Source: Paraphysomonas bandaiensis (taxonomy: Eukaryota > Protista > Chrysophyceae). Taken from it: a DNA stretch of 64,000 nucleotides. The stretch is from contig CBFFRP010000072.1 of NCBI GenBank assembly GCA_965644295.1, positions 62,001-126,000 on the forward strand. The letters are read 5' to 3'. The notes beneath the pieces were generated by a model that was not told the origin of the DNA, made no database searches, and worked only from the letters and a program-made list of their open reading frames with translations. Made by a program: the position numbers and the translations under genes. This document shows, piece after piece, positions 38,603 through 50,572 of this stretch (positions within the stretch are counted from its first letter, which is position 1; each line of letters begins with the position of its first letter).

Positions 38603-39448
38603 TCACACTTTCAAAGGGGAACTACTGGTATGCGAAGGAGCATGTTCAATCCAAACATCGTTGCGAATTCCCAATCTTGCCTTTAACATAAGCAAGCTGT
38701 CATTATCCTCAACATCAGCGCGAATGAAAGGGATATGCTTGCTACGCAATCTATCATGAACTTTCCTGTAATAAGATTCGATAAAATATCTGATAACATA
38801 AGTATCCGAATTCATTGCAACGCGTGGTGGGACATACTTAGCTAAACGCAAATGAGAAGGAAATACTCCATGAGACCACGCCAGTAATGACGATATATGA
38901 TTCGTTATATTCCGTTGATATATAACATAGGTAGCTCTAGGATAAGCGTCTAGGATATTGTCTAGCGCATCAATCTGAGGGTATATAGCTCGGCCAGATT
39001 TACCATAGCCCCTGAAATTAGTTTCAATAATAACGGGGTACCCATTCCTGATAAAATAATGGAAAGGATCTTTCCCTTCAGCAATTGCTTTCTGTACATA
39101 CAAGCCAGCAGGGCATAATCCTTTTCCATTATTATACAGCTTCATTAATAGAGGGCCGGTGTCATGTAGGGTCCATTTTTTCCAACTCGCGCCATTTTTA
39201 AAACTAACAGGAGGTACAGGATAGGAAAGATTATCACAAGGGTATAAGTAATGAACCGCATTGTACCCAGATTCATTAAAAAAGTAATACAGAGAACTTG
39301 TACCGGATTTAGGCATTGAAAATACTATAATCATATCTTTCCCCTTGTCGAACTGTGATGCATTGACTGCATCACCGCTTGAACGAAATAAACAAAGGGA
39401 GAGTGCTAACAATCTAAAGATATTACTAATATCCATCACTACATGCAC
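38603..39448 (-). CDS. Secreted/Golgi P-loop sulfotransferase-like protein
   Basis: Signal-like N-terminus; PAPS-binding-type motif SMPKSGTSSL. Confidence 0.6.
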   Translation of the reverse strand: MHVVMDISNIFRLLALSLCLFRSSGDAVNASQFDKGKDMIIVFSMPKSGTSSLYYFFNESGYNAVHYLYPCDNLSYPVPPVSFKNGASWKKWTLHDTGPLLMKLYNNGKGLCPAGLYVQKAIAEGKDPFHYFIRNGYPVIIETNFRGYGKSGRAIYPQIDALDNILDAYPRATYVIYQRNITNHISSLLAWSHGVFPSHLRLAKYVPPRVAMNSDTYVIRYFIESYYRKVHDRLRSKHIPFIRADVEDNDSLLMLKARLGIRNDVWIEHAPSHTSSSPLKV

Positions 39449-39809
39449 TTATCAAGTGGTAGTTATGTTATGTTGCTAGCTAGAGTCATAGAGTGACGCA
39501 CTCAACAGATTTGATGGTTATGTTGCACTGATATCCTGGCTGTACATTGTTGATTTTTACATATCCCGATATTATAATAATATACTATCAAAATTGGCAA
39601 TTTCCACTTTAAATTGTCACTTTTTTGACAATTTTAGTGATTTTTTGGGTGGAATTATTTTCCCTACAGACCCTGCATACGGCGGTATATTTTGCAGAAG
39701 GTGACTGAAACACATGAATCAAAGAAGGTTTCCATGCATGATTCGCTCGTAGTTAATATTATAGCAGTCAATCCATTGTAAATACTTCATACCTCACTTC
39801 GATTTCTAC

Positions 39810-41242
39810 ATGAAATTCACTTACATGAAGTGGTGTCTATTATGTACGTTTTTTTCTATAGGGTTATCATCATCTCGTCATGATCGATACAAAGAACTGT
39901 ATGAGATCCATAATTTTTCTAGAGTCACTGATCAAGGAGCGGTTGGAGATGCAATTGCTTTTTTGATGAAACAAGATGAAAATCTTGATGAAGAAACTGC
40001 AAAATTACGAATTTTTGCACAAAAACATAAAAATTATCATACATTAGTAACAGATAAAACTTTACCACTTTGCAATGTGACATTCGATAGTATTCGTGAT
40101 GATGGTGTGTTCGTATATCTGGGTGATAATGTTACCCCTCCATATGATTATGCATCATGTTTTGTAATGTTTCCTCGATATCATGTTGCACCTGAGTGTG
40201 AGAGACTTGAACGACAGGAAGGGTATCCTCAACTGTATCAGTGGAAGTGGATGCTTGAGGCTGCTAGACAGGGGAAATGCCGTATGCCTGAACCCACTCC
40301 ATTAGCAGCTGGAGTAGAATATTTGCGTAGGAAGGCAATGAGAGGACGACCCATGCGACCCGTGCCTCCCACCTCCAAATACAATGATACGGAAGGCAAA
40401 GTAGTTAACATCCTTTGGTTAGGGTTGTCTTTTATGGGCCAGCCCTTCTTATCCTCAATATGTATGAACCCGAACATGAAAGGAGGTGGTGGAACAATTT
40501 CCACTGGTAAAGGTTTGAAAGATATTGTACCTTTCAAGGATGCAGTTGATTCCACAGGACGTTGTTCACTACCTTGCGAAGATTGTTTCCCTCGTAGTCT
40601 ACATAAGGGCGTCGGACCAGAGTATCAGTCACCAACGAAGCACTGTCGGCCTGCAGTAAGTGAATATCGTACTGACCCTACTAACGGGGAGGATCCGGTG
40701 ACTGTACGCATATGTTATGCCTATACTTTTAACCTTAAATTGAACATGAAAAAGTTGTACTCGACATTACCGTGCAGTATGCAATGGAACGATATTGATG
40801 TGATCTTTGGACTGCACCCATATGAAGAATTTTCGGGTTATTACATTCCTGGCACGAATGCTAAATTTAAAGAACTAATGCATGTCACATACGTTAGTGT
40901 CAGTCAGATATACCAAGGCATTCTGACTAGTCAACTTAAGGCAGCTTATTCCAAGTATGGATTTCCGCCGCTAACTATAAACCATCTTCGTGGAAAGCCA
41001 AGCAATTGTGACCGTCCAGATATTCACTTTCGTATGCCTGGTTTGACCGACTTTGCATCTCAGGTATAAATTAAACACCCTTATAGGTTTCTTGTAGTCG
41101 ATATGTGTGCTCATTGGTATTTGCTCTGCAGGCATGGTTTTCTTTGCTAGCAACTGGCTTGCAAGTTTTCGATGACTGTCAGCCATCGGATAGTTGCTAC
41201 AAACATAAAAAGAAGTTAGGAGCTATTGAGATTTGGAATTAG
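39810..41242 (+). CDS. Secreted uncharacterised protein, possibly SGNH/PC-esterase-like, 1 intron (41065-41131)
   Basis: Signal peptide and long ORF. LWLGLSF and DIH...PG loosely resemble the GDS and DxxH catalytic motifs. Confidence 0.55.
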
Positions 41243-41569
41243 CTTTATGTAAATAGAATATGTGAGGATTGTTTGGAGTTTATGGAACACCATAGCTACT
41301 TGAACCGCGTTTTGTTTATTTTATATTAGTATTGCGGATTGGGGAGTGTCAGAGCATGACAACCTAATATATGTGATCGCCTAAGACACCGTACTGCTGT
41401 TTGAAAAATATCTGCTGAGTAGGATTGTTAATGTTTATACTTTTTTAATCTTGACTTGGCCCGCAATTCGTACTTAGCAATAGGTGTTAAGAATCAGCAC
41501 CTAGTAGCTAGCAGGGCTACCTATCAAGTAATTGTCGACTAATTGACGCAGGTAGTAGTCAATTATAAT

Positions 41570-41860
41570 TGAAAGTCTTATTATTAGCAATAGGCGTTAA
41601 AAACCTGCACCAACTTAGTAGCTAGATGAATGCTAAACAAACTAGTTAGACCTCTACCTGTAACTAATCAGTACACACTTTTTTATCCTACTATGAAGCT
41701 GATTGTGCGTCGCCGCAAGCACCAAGGTGCGACCACTTCCGCTCTGAGTTCTTAAGGTCAACATCCCGGATGCTTGACTTCAGCAGGCAGCCCATTACCC
41801 TGGTTACCCTGCCTTGAGGTTTGAGGTGCGCCCCTTTCCGAATGACTGTTTATTCGTCAG
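41570..41860 (-). mobile_element. Second, shorter copy of the 28721-29231 retro-like element
   Basis: High identity to 28722-29040 with the same 3' terminus. A degenerate extra 3'-end fragment lies at ~41473-41511. Confidence 0.85.
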
Positions 41861-42082
41861 TCGTCAAAACCCAATGACATAATAATACGACTGTCTGAAG
41901 TCTTTACAACTACGTACGACTGTGTTTCGAAGTGGACGATATTTTTACTGAGTATGATGGAAAGCTGTACGTAATACTGTCAAAATACAATAAGTAAGCT
42001 GACAGTTATTATTCGTGAAGTCTATGAACTCGATGAGCTAGGAAAGAAACACCCTGATATCGTAATTTCAACACCATTAGAT

Positions 42083-43043
42083 ATGAGATATATTATTCAA
42101 CCTAGTCAATTTGGTTGAATTTCCTAGTCATACTATTTTCGGTGTAAAAACCTAGTCAAAGCAATAAATGACTCAACCTAGTCAATTATAGTATTAAACC
42201 TAGCATATAGCTACGCTTTACAGAGGCATGAGGTCATAGCAGGTGAAGTAGAACCAATGCAACATACATCAGGTCAAAACAAAGCTAAAGAGCGGTATAT
42301 AGCAGCATAGGCAGGACTCCATCGCTCTCTCCAATGCTGAAGTAGGCTGGTAGACCATTCTTTCTCTCAACACAATCTTCATGCATGTCCTTCAGTTACC
42401 TTTGAAAACATCGATGAAATCTTACTCTCTGGGGTCTATCAGTATCACTTATTTAACTATGAATTATAAGGCACAAGTATGACAACAACACACTACAACC
42501 TCCTACACACCTCTCTACACACTGAAAACAACTGGAAACCAAATCGCATCTTGAAGGGATTTGCTGTTTGCTGGATGCATCAAAGCTGAAACATTCTGAC
42601 TGTACAAGATACTTGCTCCGAAATATTAGTGGCTTGGAGGAAGGATTACCGCGTGGTACCAAACCACAGAAATGAAAAAATTCTTCGCTGGCAGTGTCGG
42701 TTTTCTGATGCTCCTGATCACATCCTGGCTCATCCGAAGATTGTGGGGTTCGATGCCCATGAAATGGAGATTGCTGTGAAACTACACCGTACTTGGTCAT
42801 CAGAAACAGCCCAATTTTCATTCGACTGTGACGACGAAGTGTGAGGCATATAGCATTTGAATTTTTGAATTTATGGCTATAGTAGCTATGCTCCCCTGTT
42901 TGACTAGGTGAATACCCACTTCCACCTACTCAACCTATTTATTTAATGACTAGGTTTTTCTACCTTTTGACTAAGTTTTTACACCAATATTGGTGTGACT
43001 AGGAAATTCCACTAAATTGACTAGATCGAAAAATAGATCCCAT
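42083..43043. mobile_element. Non-autonomous DNA transposon with long terminal inverted repeats built from CCTAGTCA motifs
   Basis: 42083-42160 and the reverse complement of 42966-43043 align without gaps, with about 13 mismatches in 78 nt. Additional CCTAGTCA/TGACTAGG copies lie internally. No clear TSD. Confidence 0.75.
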
Positions 43044-43300
43044 TAAATACTACAACTTGATTGGTTAATCTACAGTATACTTCGAAAGCACAACGCTCTA
43101 TGTATTTCAACTCATATAGACCCTACAATTCTCAGTTAAACATATGGTTACTCTTTATAATACTACTTCCAAATCTACGAAAATAATTGTTCTTACAACT
43201 ACCTAGTAGACATACTTCCCATTAAACATTCATCGGAACGCATGAGTACGCTTACAATCTCATTATTCACACATATTTTGAAAAATGAGTTTTTCAACAG

Positions 43301-44891
43301 CTACTTAGGGAATGTTGAGTTCAGGATATCCTCGAAATAAGTATCATCTTCCACAGCGGCACTAATGTCGGCAAAATAGTCGACAAAAGCATCCAGAGTA
43401 ACCACCTCCTGTTTTCTGACCACCCTGGTCGCAATCACACCAGTAAAGTAGTCATCCTTCATCTGCTTTTCAGAGTATAGTCCCGATTTCACTGGGGGGT
43501 ACTCGGAGCAGCGGTATAAGCGGGAAAGAGTGTCTAATGGGACTTTCTCAGAGCCCTCCTCATCGATGTCGCGGTATATGTTCTCAATAATCTCTTGCCG
43601 CTGAGAAGGGAGAGATCCACGTATTAGGTCCAACAGGTCTCTGTAGTCTATCATACCGTCCTTCCTCACGTCTAGACTTTTGAAAATAGGGTCATAGTAG
43701 CCATCCTGCACAACAATTCCCCTCTGTGCAAAAATAAACTTTACGTCTTCGATGTCTATTCTTCCAGTACTTGGAGCGCCTTTTACACCCCTATCGATGT
43801 CTAAGAATGCTTTACGCAACTCCACCACACCCAGCATTCCGAAAGCCCGCACAGAGTGTCCAAGGTCATCCAGAAGTTCTTCAAATGAAGGTGGAGCGGG
43901 GAAATGTCTGTTGTCGATAGCCATGTCCTCCGATTCTGCAGTTACAAAACACAACTCATTCGTCTCGAGGTCAGGTTTGCTAAGAGTGGTACCAGTCGAC
44001 AGACCCCTAAATTCTGCTTCCACAACTGAAAGTTTACCAATGGCATTGTCGCGACTAGTGAACACCTCAAAGTCTTCCCCAAAATCTGTTAAGTCTCTTG
44101 TCTTGCTGCTTGTGGTTAGGAATGTGTTGGTGGACCGGTGGTTCAAAATAAATCGCTCGGAGGCACTTACTGGTGTGCCAACCGCAACAAACCTCTCTGT
44201 GCCACCAAGCTTACCTTTGGAGGGTTTAGTAACACGCCATACGGCGTTGGCATCGGCAGTGGACGTCATATACACCGCCTGTCGATTGGAGACTTTTGTG
44301 GACGTTCTTTCGTTTTTTAATTCTGAAGATAAGTATAGCACAGGAGCCATAGCAAAACCATCTCCAGATACTAGCAAAGATTCATTGCATGCTAGAAAGA
44401 AGGCTTGGCCATAGCATAGCAAATCGTTTGAAGGGTCGTCTTCGATACTTTGGAGATTGGAAGGAGGTCGAACAATGCGAAAGGTGTTTCGGGCAGTGGG
44501 CTTCTGTTCTGCAGAGGCAGACACCAAAAACTTTCTTTGGTTGGGACAAATATCTTCGTATGGATCACATGCAAACGTTCTTCCTGTTGTATAGTGCTGT
44601 AGTATGACAGTATCACCAAAGCGTATATGTCCATCTGGAGAATAAGTCAAGGGAACCTGAGTTCATACGGTGTCAGACATTTAACTCAACGTGCACAATC
44701 TTACATACCAGTTGTGTGCATTTCGCTATTTTCTGCTGCTGCTTCCTCAAATTGAGACTTCCACCTGATGAGTTGTTCTGAAATTCTTTCAATCTAGCTT
44801 CCTCGATTGCAATCTCTTCCATCCAGTTACCAATTCTAGTAACTGAGCTGAACTTTTGGCCTCCAGCGAGTTGCTGCGGAGTGAACTGCAT
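43301..44891 (-). CDS. CFAP161: CFAP161-like ciliary protein with a C-terminal calcyphosin-like EF-hand domain, 1 intron
   Basis: N-terminal RIGNWMEE, DGHIRFGDTVIL, ARNTFRI, LCYGQAFFL and TDFG.DFEV. The C-terminal FVDYFADISAAVEDDTYF is calcyphosin-like. Confidence 0.75.
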
Positions 44892-45356
44892 TGTTGTTAA
44901 CTATAAATATCCCAAATGCTATATGCCAGTCGATATGTATCAAAATAATGAATTGTATTAAGTAGAATGCGTGAAGTGGTTATATGGAAGCACTCCTCTG
45001 ACGGTGGTACAATACATATATATATGCATACCGAGATCTGATATACATGCAGCTACCTCTCTATGTGTTGCTACTGCTGTGTATGGTGGTGTATTGTAAC
45101 TGTAAGTCCTACTGCAGTGCAACCGTCAAGGTATTCTATAGACATCACTAGCAGCAGTCATGCAACAGATATATCCCATATATGGGATGAAACACATCCA
45201 TATATATCCCATATGTGGGATGTATTTCCATCGAATGATCATCGCATACAGCAGTGAGCTGGCCTGATAGCTAGCCGGCCCTGTGAGGAGTAAGTGAGCA
45301 CTGTGGCACTGTTACTCTATTCCTATATACCATATGCATATCAAATCATAAGAGAG

Positions 45357-46954
45357 ATGATTCGTCATGTGACTGGACCTACTCGTACACGCACTAAATC
45401 AAAGAAAACTTCGTCATTAGTATGTGCAGTTGGTGTTTGTTTGGCTTTTATGCTTGCAGCTGTTGTGTTTCTATTTGTTGACCCCACAGCTGGATCTTCA
45501 TCAGGTGACATGCCACATCTCTGCTTATTCATATGACATTGTAAAGTAGGACTTATTATTGCATCCCCCGACACGAATGCTGCAAGAATGCAACTGAGGG
45601 AGCCCAATCCTGTGCATAATCAACCGGGTGTGGAGCCTCTAGCCGAACACCATCATGATGTAGCTGTGACTCCCCCTGCAAGGAAGAAGATTGGATTTGC
45701 AATTACGATTACTAAAGATGGAAAGTTCCAGGATGGTGCTGCTGTAATGGCGTACAGTATTCTGGAGGCATTCAAGCATGACGACATAGACATTTCCTTC
45801 GTTGCATTCGTACACCCTGAAGTTTCAACTTCGAGACCATTCCTGCAGCGGGTGGGCTACAGGTATTGGGCGCTTATGAGAACATTTGTTAGTGTAACTA
45901 AGGGTACGGCAACGCCCGCAGGGTGATAGAGGCACCTACACCTGTAAACGTGAGTGCAATCCGAGGAAAGTGGCTTAGAGACCACATTAACGATAAAGCC
46001 GGATGCTGCGGAGCCGCAGAACTCATAAAGCTGTACTCATACAGGCTTATGGAGTATGATTGGGTAGTCCACTTGGACGCTGATGTTCTCATTCTAAATG
46101 TGAGTGTATAGTATGTCTATTCAATATCGTTCTGACTGGACTACCAATCTACATCAGTCTTTCAACGAGTTGTTTGATTTGAAGAAGAGCTTGATATATA
46201 CTACTGACCCCAATATGGCTAGCTACAAAGGTGAGGACAAGATGCCTGTACAGGGAGGGTTTTTAGTTATCAAACCCTCCTTGGAGGACTATCAGAAAGT
46301 GATAGACATAGTGATGGAAGGGGACTACAGAGGTAGTGCCGCATGGGGAGGTACCAGGATTGGCTGGTTTTGGGGGGGTAAGACAATACAAGGAGTACTT
46401 GCTTACTACTATACCAACCAGACAGCTGCGTCTCGGTCCCTTAGAGTGGATCGTTGTATATATAACACCATGGCAGACACCGAGAAATGCGCGTAAGTGG
46501 TTTTGTCTCACTGACATGGCATGAATATATGTGCTATGGATTAATTAGTGGTGATATGTAGGGCGACAAATATTAGTCATGTGAAAAGTGCTCATTTCAC
46601 CGTATGTCAAAAGCCGTGGAATTGTCTTCAGGGATTTCACAACTCATTATGTATGGAATTGCATCAGCGGTAGGTTATTTTGCCATCAGGATTGCGTTAT
46701 GTGGTAACTACGAGTACAGGTGGCATCAGGTACGCAAGGAAGCCGAAGCTTTTTACGGAATTACTACAGCAGCCGCATCTTGTGTCCGACAAAAGTCAGG
46801 GGCAATGAAATATAGTCCATTAGACCTCTCACGTGCTGTCGTACCTGCACGTCCCCATCTTGAGATACCTCCCCCTGGGTTTAGTCGCATGGATCCACTT
46901 CCTGGAGCTGGTTTCGTAGAAATAGACAATCATCGTGCTGGTGTGAGTAAATAG
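45357..46954 (+). CDS. Glycosyltransferase family 8-like type II membrane protein, 5 introns
   Basis: TM anchor; motifs ELIKLYSY, VHLDAD (DxD), QGGFLVIKPS, TIQG and HFTVCQKPW. Confidence 0.82.
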
Positions 46955-47638
46955 TCGTATGTCTTTTCCTGTAAGAGATAGATGGAGTGTATCAGTGGTG
47001 TTTGTTGAATGAGTGTAGATACCAATTGTAATATATTTTTCCTAACTGTCACCAGAGTTTTAACTACCGCCTGGAAAAGTTTTTCCTAGTGTATTGTGAT
47101 TATAACATCCTGATACATACATGATTACAAGAAGCCCTATTTTTTGTTAGGAAGGAAGCCAACTGGCATAATTTGAATGTATTTTTTGTATTATTATAAA
47201 TGAGGAGTGGTCGAGTGAGTAGCTGCATCATATCCAGGCCCAATGTGTGGCATCTCATAAGCACAAACGTATAAGTTTTCATCATTGATAACCAAAGTAC
47301 ACAGTGCTTTCGATCATCCTGCAAGAGATACGAGATACTACACACTTCACCACAGTGGTTATCTATTGGACTATGTGAAAAGGCCAGTCCCATCTCATTG
47401 AGAAGATTTCATCGAATGTTGACTTAGTAACAGGTGCTTGCTGACAATATATATTTAATATATGTAATGTAAAAACTATCATGATACGTCATCGATTCAC
47501 CAGCATACTGCAACAATTATTCATTACGTAATCGCAAAATCGTAGCACATGCTTATCAGAGTTACTCAAGCATGACCACTAGTTTTAAAGTATAGCCTAT
47601 CAAAAATAATCAAAACTAGAAGGGATAATATTTCGCTT

Positions 47639-48955
47639 TTATTTCTTGCTCATGGTGTTGTAAATAAACAACACAGTACTGATAGCACTAAGTAAGCTCG
47701 TTCCCAACATAAGGGTTCTCTCTAACGCAAGATCATCTCTCTGCGCAATTCGGTTTTGGTTGCTGGAAACCAAGGGCTGTTCAGATTTTTTCTTCTCTTC
47801 TTTCTTCGGGTAAGGAGGGGCAAGTTGAGTAATGTTCTCGTAACTTGCAGATGGTCTGACCTCGTGTACCAAAAACCATCTCACAGCCCAGGGTGAGCCT
47901 CTGTGGTTGAGCAGCAGTGCCTATACATATATTACATACAATATTCACATAATAAGTAGCATATATCTACCTGCAGACGTTGGAAAAGGGTATGTGCGCC
48001 ATCAATCTCCTCTTTGAAAATAGATAGAGATTCCACATTGATGCCTATTGGTACCCCTGAGCCACTTGTGCTCTCTAAGATAGACTGAAGAATTTCGCAT
48101 AGTAGCTGAATCGACTCGCGCACTGGCGACTCTGCGGTTAGGATACGTTGTTCAGCCTCTTCTGGGACGGCCATACCGAGCCACTTGATGAAAGTCATGG
48201 TTTTGGCACGTCCGCAAGGGGCAAACGTGATTATGACCTTTTTGGGCACAACTCCACGAGCTTTGCACATGTCACCGTAGTCGTTAAGGAGTTTGATCAT
48301 TGGGGCAGCAGAATAAACTCCCTGGGAGATAAACCATTGTGCACCCCAGTCGGCCTTTGCGCACATAGCACTCGCTTCATCGCGTTTAGTTCCGTGTCTT
48401 TCCGCAATACATACGCATCCAAAGGCACTGTCTCCTCTGGAGCGGACAATGCTTGCTGCCTCTGGTAAACTGGGCCCCTTATACTCGAGTTTAGAAGTTG
48501 GGGCTCCGACAAGGTTGAAGGCCTTATTTTTATGCGTTTTAATCGAGACATCAAGCCATTCGTTAAAGTTATCCACAGACTCTTCGACTACACTCTTGTA
48601 GACAATGCACTGCTTCCCCGCAACCTGAGGAAACAGACTACCATACCATGATGGATCTAGAGTTTTGCGAAACGGGAATGGACGATCGGCATCTACTCTG
48701 CCCTTCTCATCCTGAATATCGTATACAATAAATCCATCTGTGGCCAACACAGCACTACGAGCACAAAATTTCATTAATATTTCTTTTGCTTTTTCAACAG
48801 ATGTTCCTTCTCTATAATAAATATATTGTTACATATAGAAATAATAGATGAGATGAATGATACCTTGGAGGAGGGGTGCCGAACAAGAAAGACGGTCGTG
48901 CTGGGTTGATTAAGTTGTTTGTAAAGTCATCTGGTTTCTCTAATACGGTATTCAT
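47639..48955 (-). CDS. Methylenetetrahydrofolate-reductase-like FAD-linked oxidoreductase (bacterial/mycobacterial type) with a C-terminal TM, 2 introns
   Basis: Motifs FGTPPPR, DGFIVYDIQDE, RPFPF, CIAERH, FISQGVY, TFAPCG, FIKWLG and NVES. Confidence 0.75.
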
Positions 48956-50572
48956 GATATTCAGTGTAATTATTAAGAAATAACTGGTAATGTATTACTA
49001 GGCTGTTAATGTATATGTCAGGGAGGCTAATATTGGCATGAGCATCACCTGTTGCATAGTTATCTATAGGAAACATGCATACAATGCAATTACATACATA
49101 TACATACATGTTCCTGTTGTTGTATGCATAGTATAGAAATCACAGTACCACGATGCAAAAAATAAATATGTGGTCCTCACACATCCGTCATTCCTTCTCA
49201 TGAAAAGAGTGTACAAAGATCTAAATATCGGGATATTATGGTTTGGTTCATGCCCAAACAAATAAAATAAGGATTTTTAGGTGGACAATATTTTGTTGTT
49301 ACGCTTGTACGTACAGTAGGATATGTGTCCATTTGGAGAAACTGTGAGTTTTTTTAAGTTTTGGAGGGATTTTTAGCTAGTCCAACGGTTTGTAGAAGAT
49401 CCAGCACCAGCTCTTCGAGTTGCAACTAGAAGATCAGCTATTGAGTTTGGCCACAACGATAAAATGGCATCAGCATAGCTCTTAATTAACCTATGAGCAG
49501 TCAAAAGGGTTACTTCACCTGAAAACTATCAGTTTATGTTACACTGCAACATATTGCCACAAAACCCAATTGCTTAGTACAAACTTGTCAAGACTTATAT
49601 CTATATATGAGTTGGTTCTATTGATATAAATACATGCAATAGTGTCGCATTCTGTTGCAGTGCGTGGAAGATATAATTACGATACGCTCTAAAAACAGCA
49701 ACAAGTAACTGAAATGGAGAGACTTTGCAATAGCTCATAAATGACCTGAAAACGTTTTCAGTACTCTGTAAAAGAAATTGAGAAATGAAAAAATAGAATC
49801 CCCCTGCTATTTACTGATATTACTGCTATCGTATATGAAAGCCAGCACATTAGATTCTATTTTGAAAGTATGTGGTCAACTGGTAATTCCACAGCAGGGG
49901 GGTTTAACATCAATTACATACAAAGGCAGTGTATATAAAGTGGGAACCCTAGTAGTCAAATAGATGGCCACATGTTATACATCGTGACAGAAACAGTGCA
50001 GAACCCCCTGATTTCAACTCCCCGGAAAGCACCACCGGCCCGTCCTCTTTCACCAGAACCACCACCACTGCCACCAGGACCTCTTCTTTCATATTTGATT
50101 AATCTGCAAACAGTAACGATTGTATAGTCTCATCGATCTAAAGCTTTATGACTGTACTATATCATACTTTGAAGTAATAGACAATGATTGTGTCACTATG
50201 TAGTATGTGGTACCTATTATCATCTAAATTCATATTGCCAGAAGAGAGGAAAAGTGAGAATGGTCGGCATGCATTGAAGCTGTTTTGTGATATGCTATAA
50301 AGCAGTTTCCAAGCATAGCTACAGGCATACACAATGGGTTGGGGCTCTTACGGGATGTAATGTAGGTGAAGCGTCATTATTAGTTTTGTGTCAGATTATG
50401 GCGACTAGGTATTTATCAAATGAGAATCGATTTGAGGCTTATTGAAGTTTGACTAGGCTCGAGACGAGTGTACCTTACGGATAACTCTACATCGAGCGTC
50501 TCACACAAGAACGGGAAGATATATCATATATCATAAAATTGTACTTGACTTTACTTCGCACACCTATCGCGG

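Noticed and set aside
41830-41860. Hammerhead-like CTGACGA...GAAA on the minus strand of the retro-like element
   Set aside because: There is no proper stem II between the two core motifs, and the copy near 29010-29040 has GAAT instead of GAAA.
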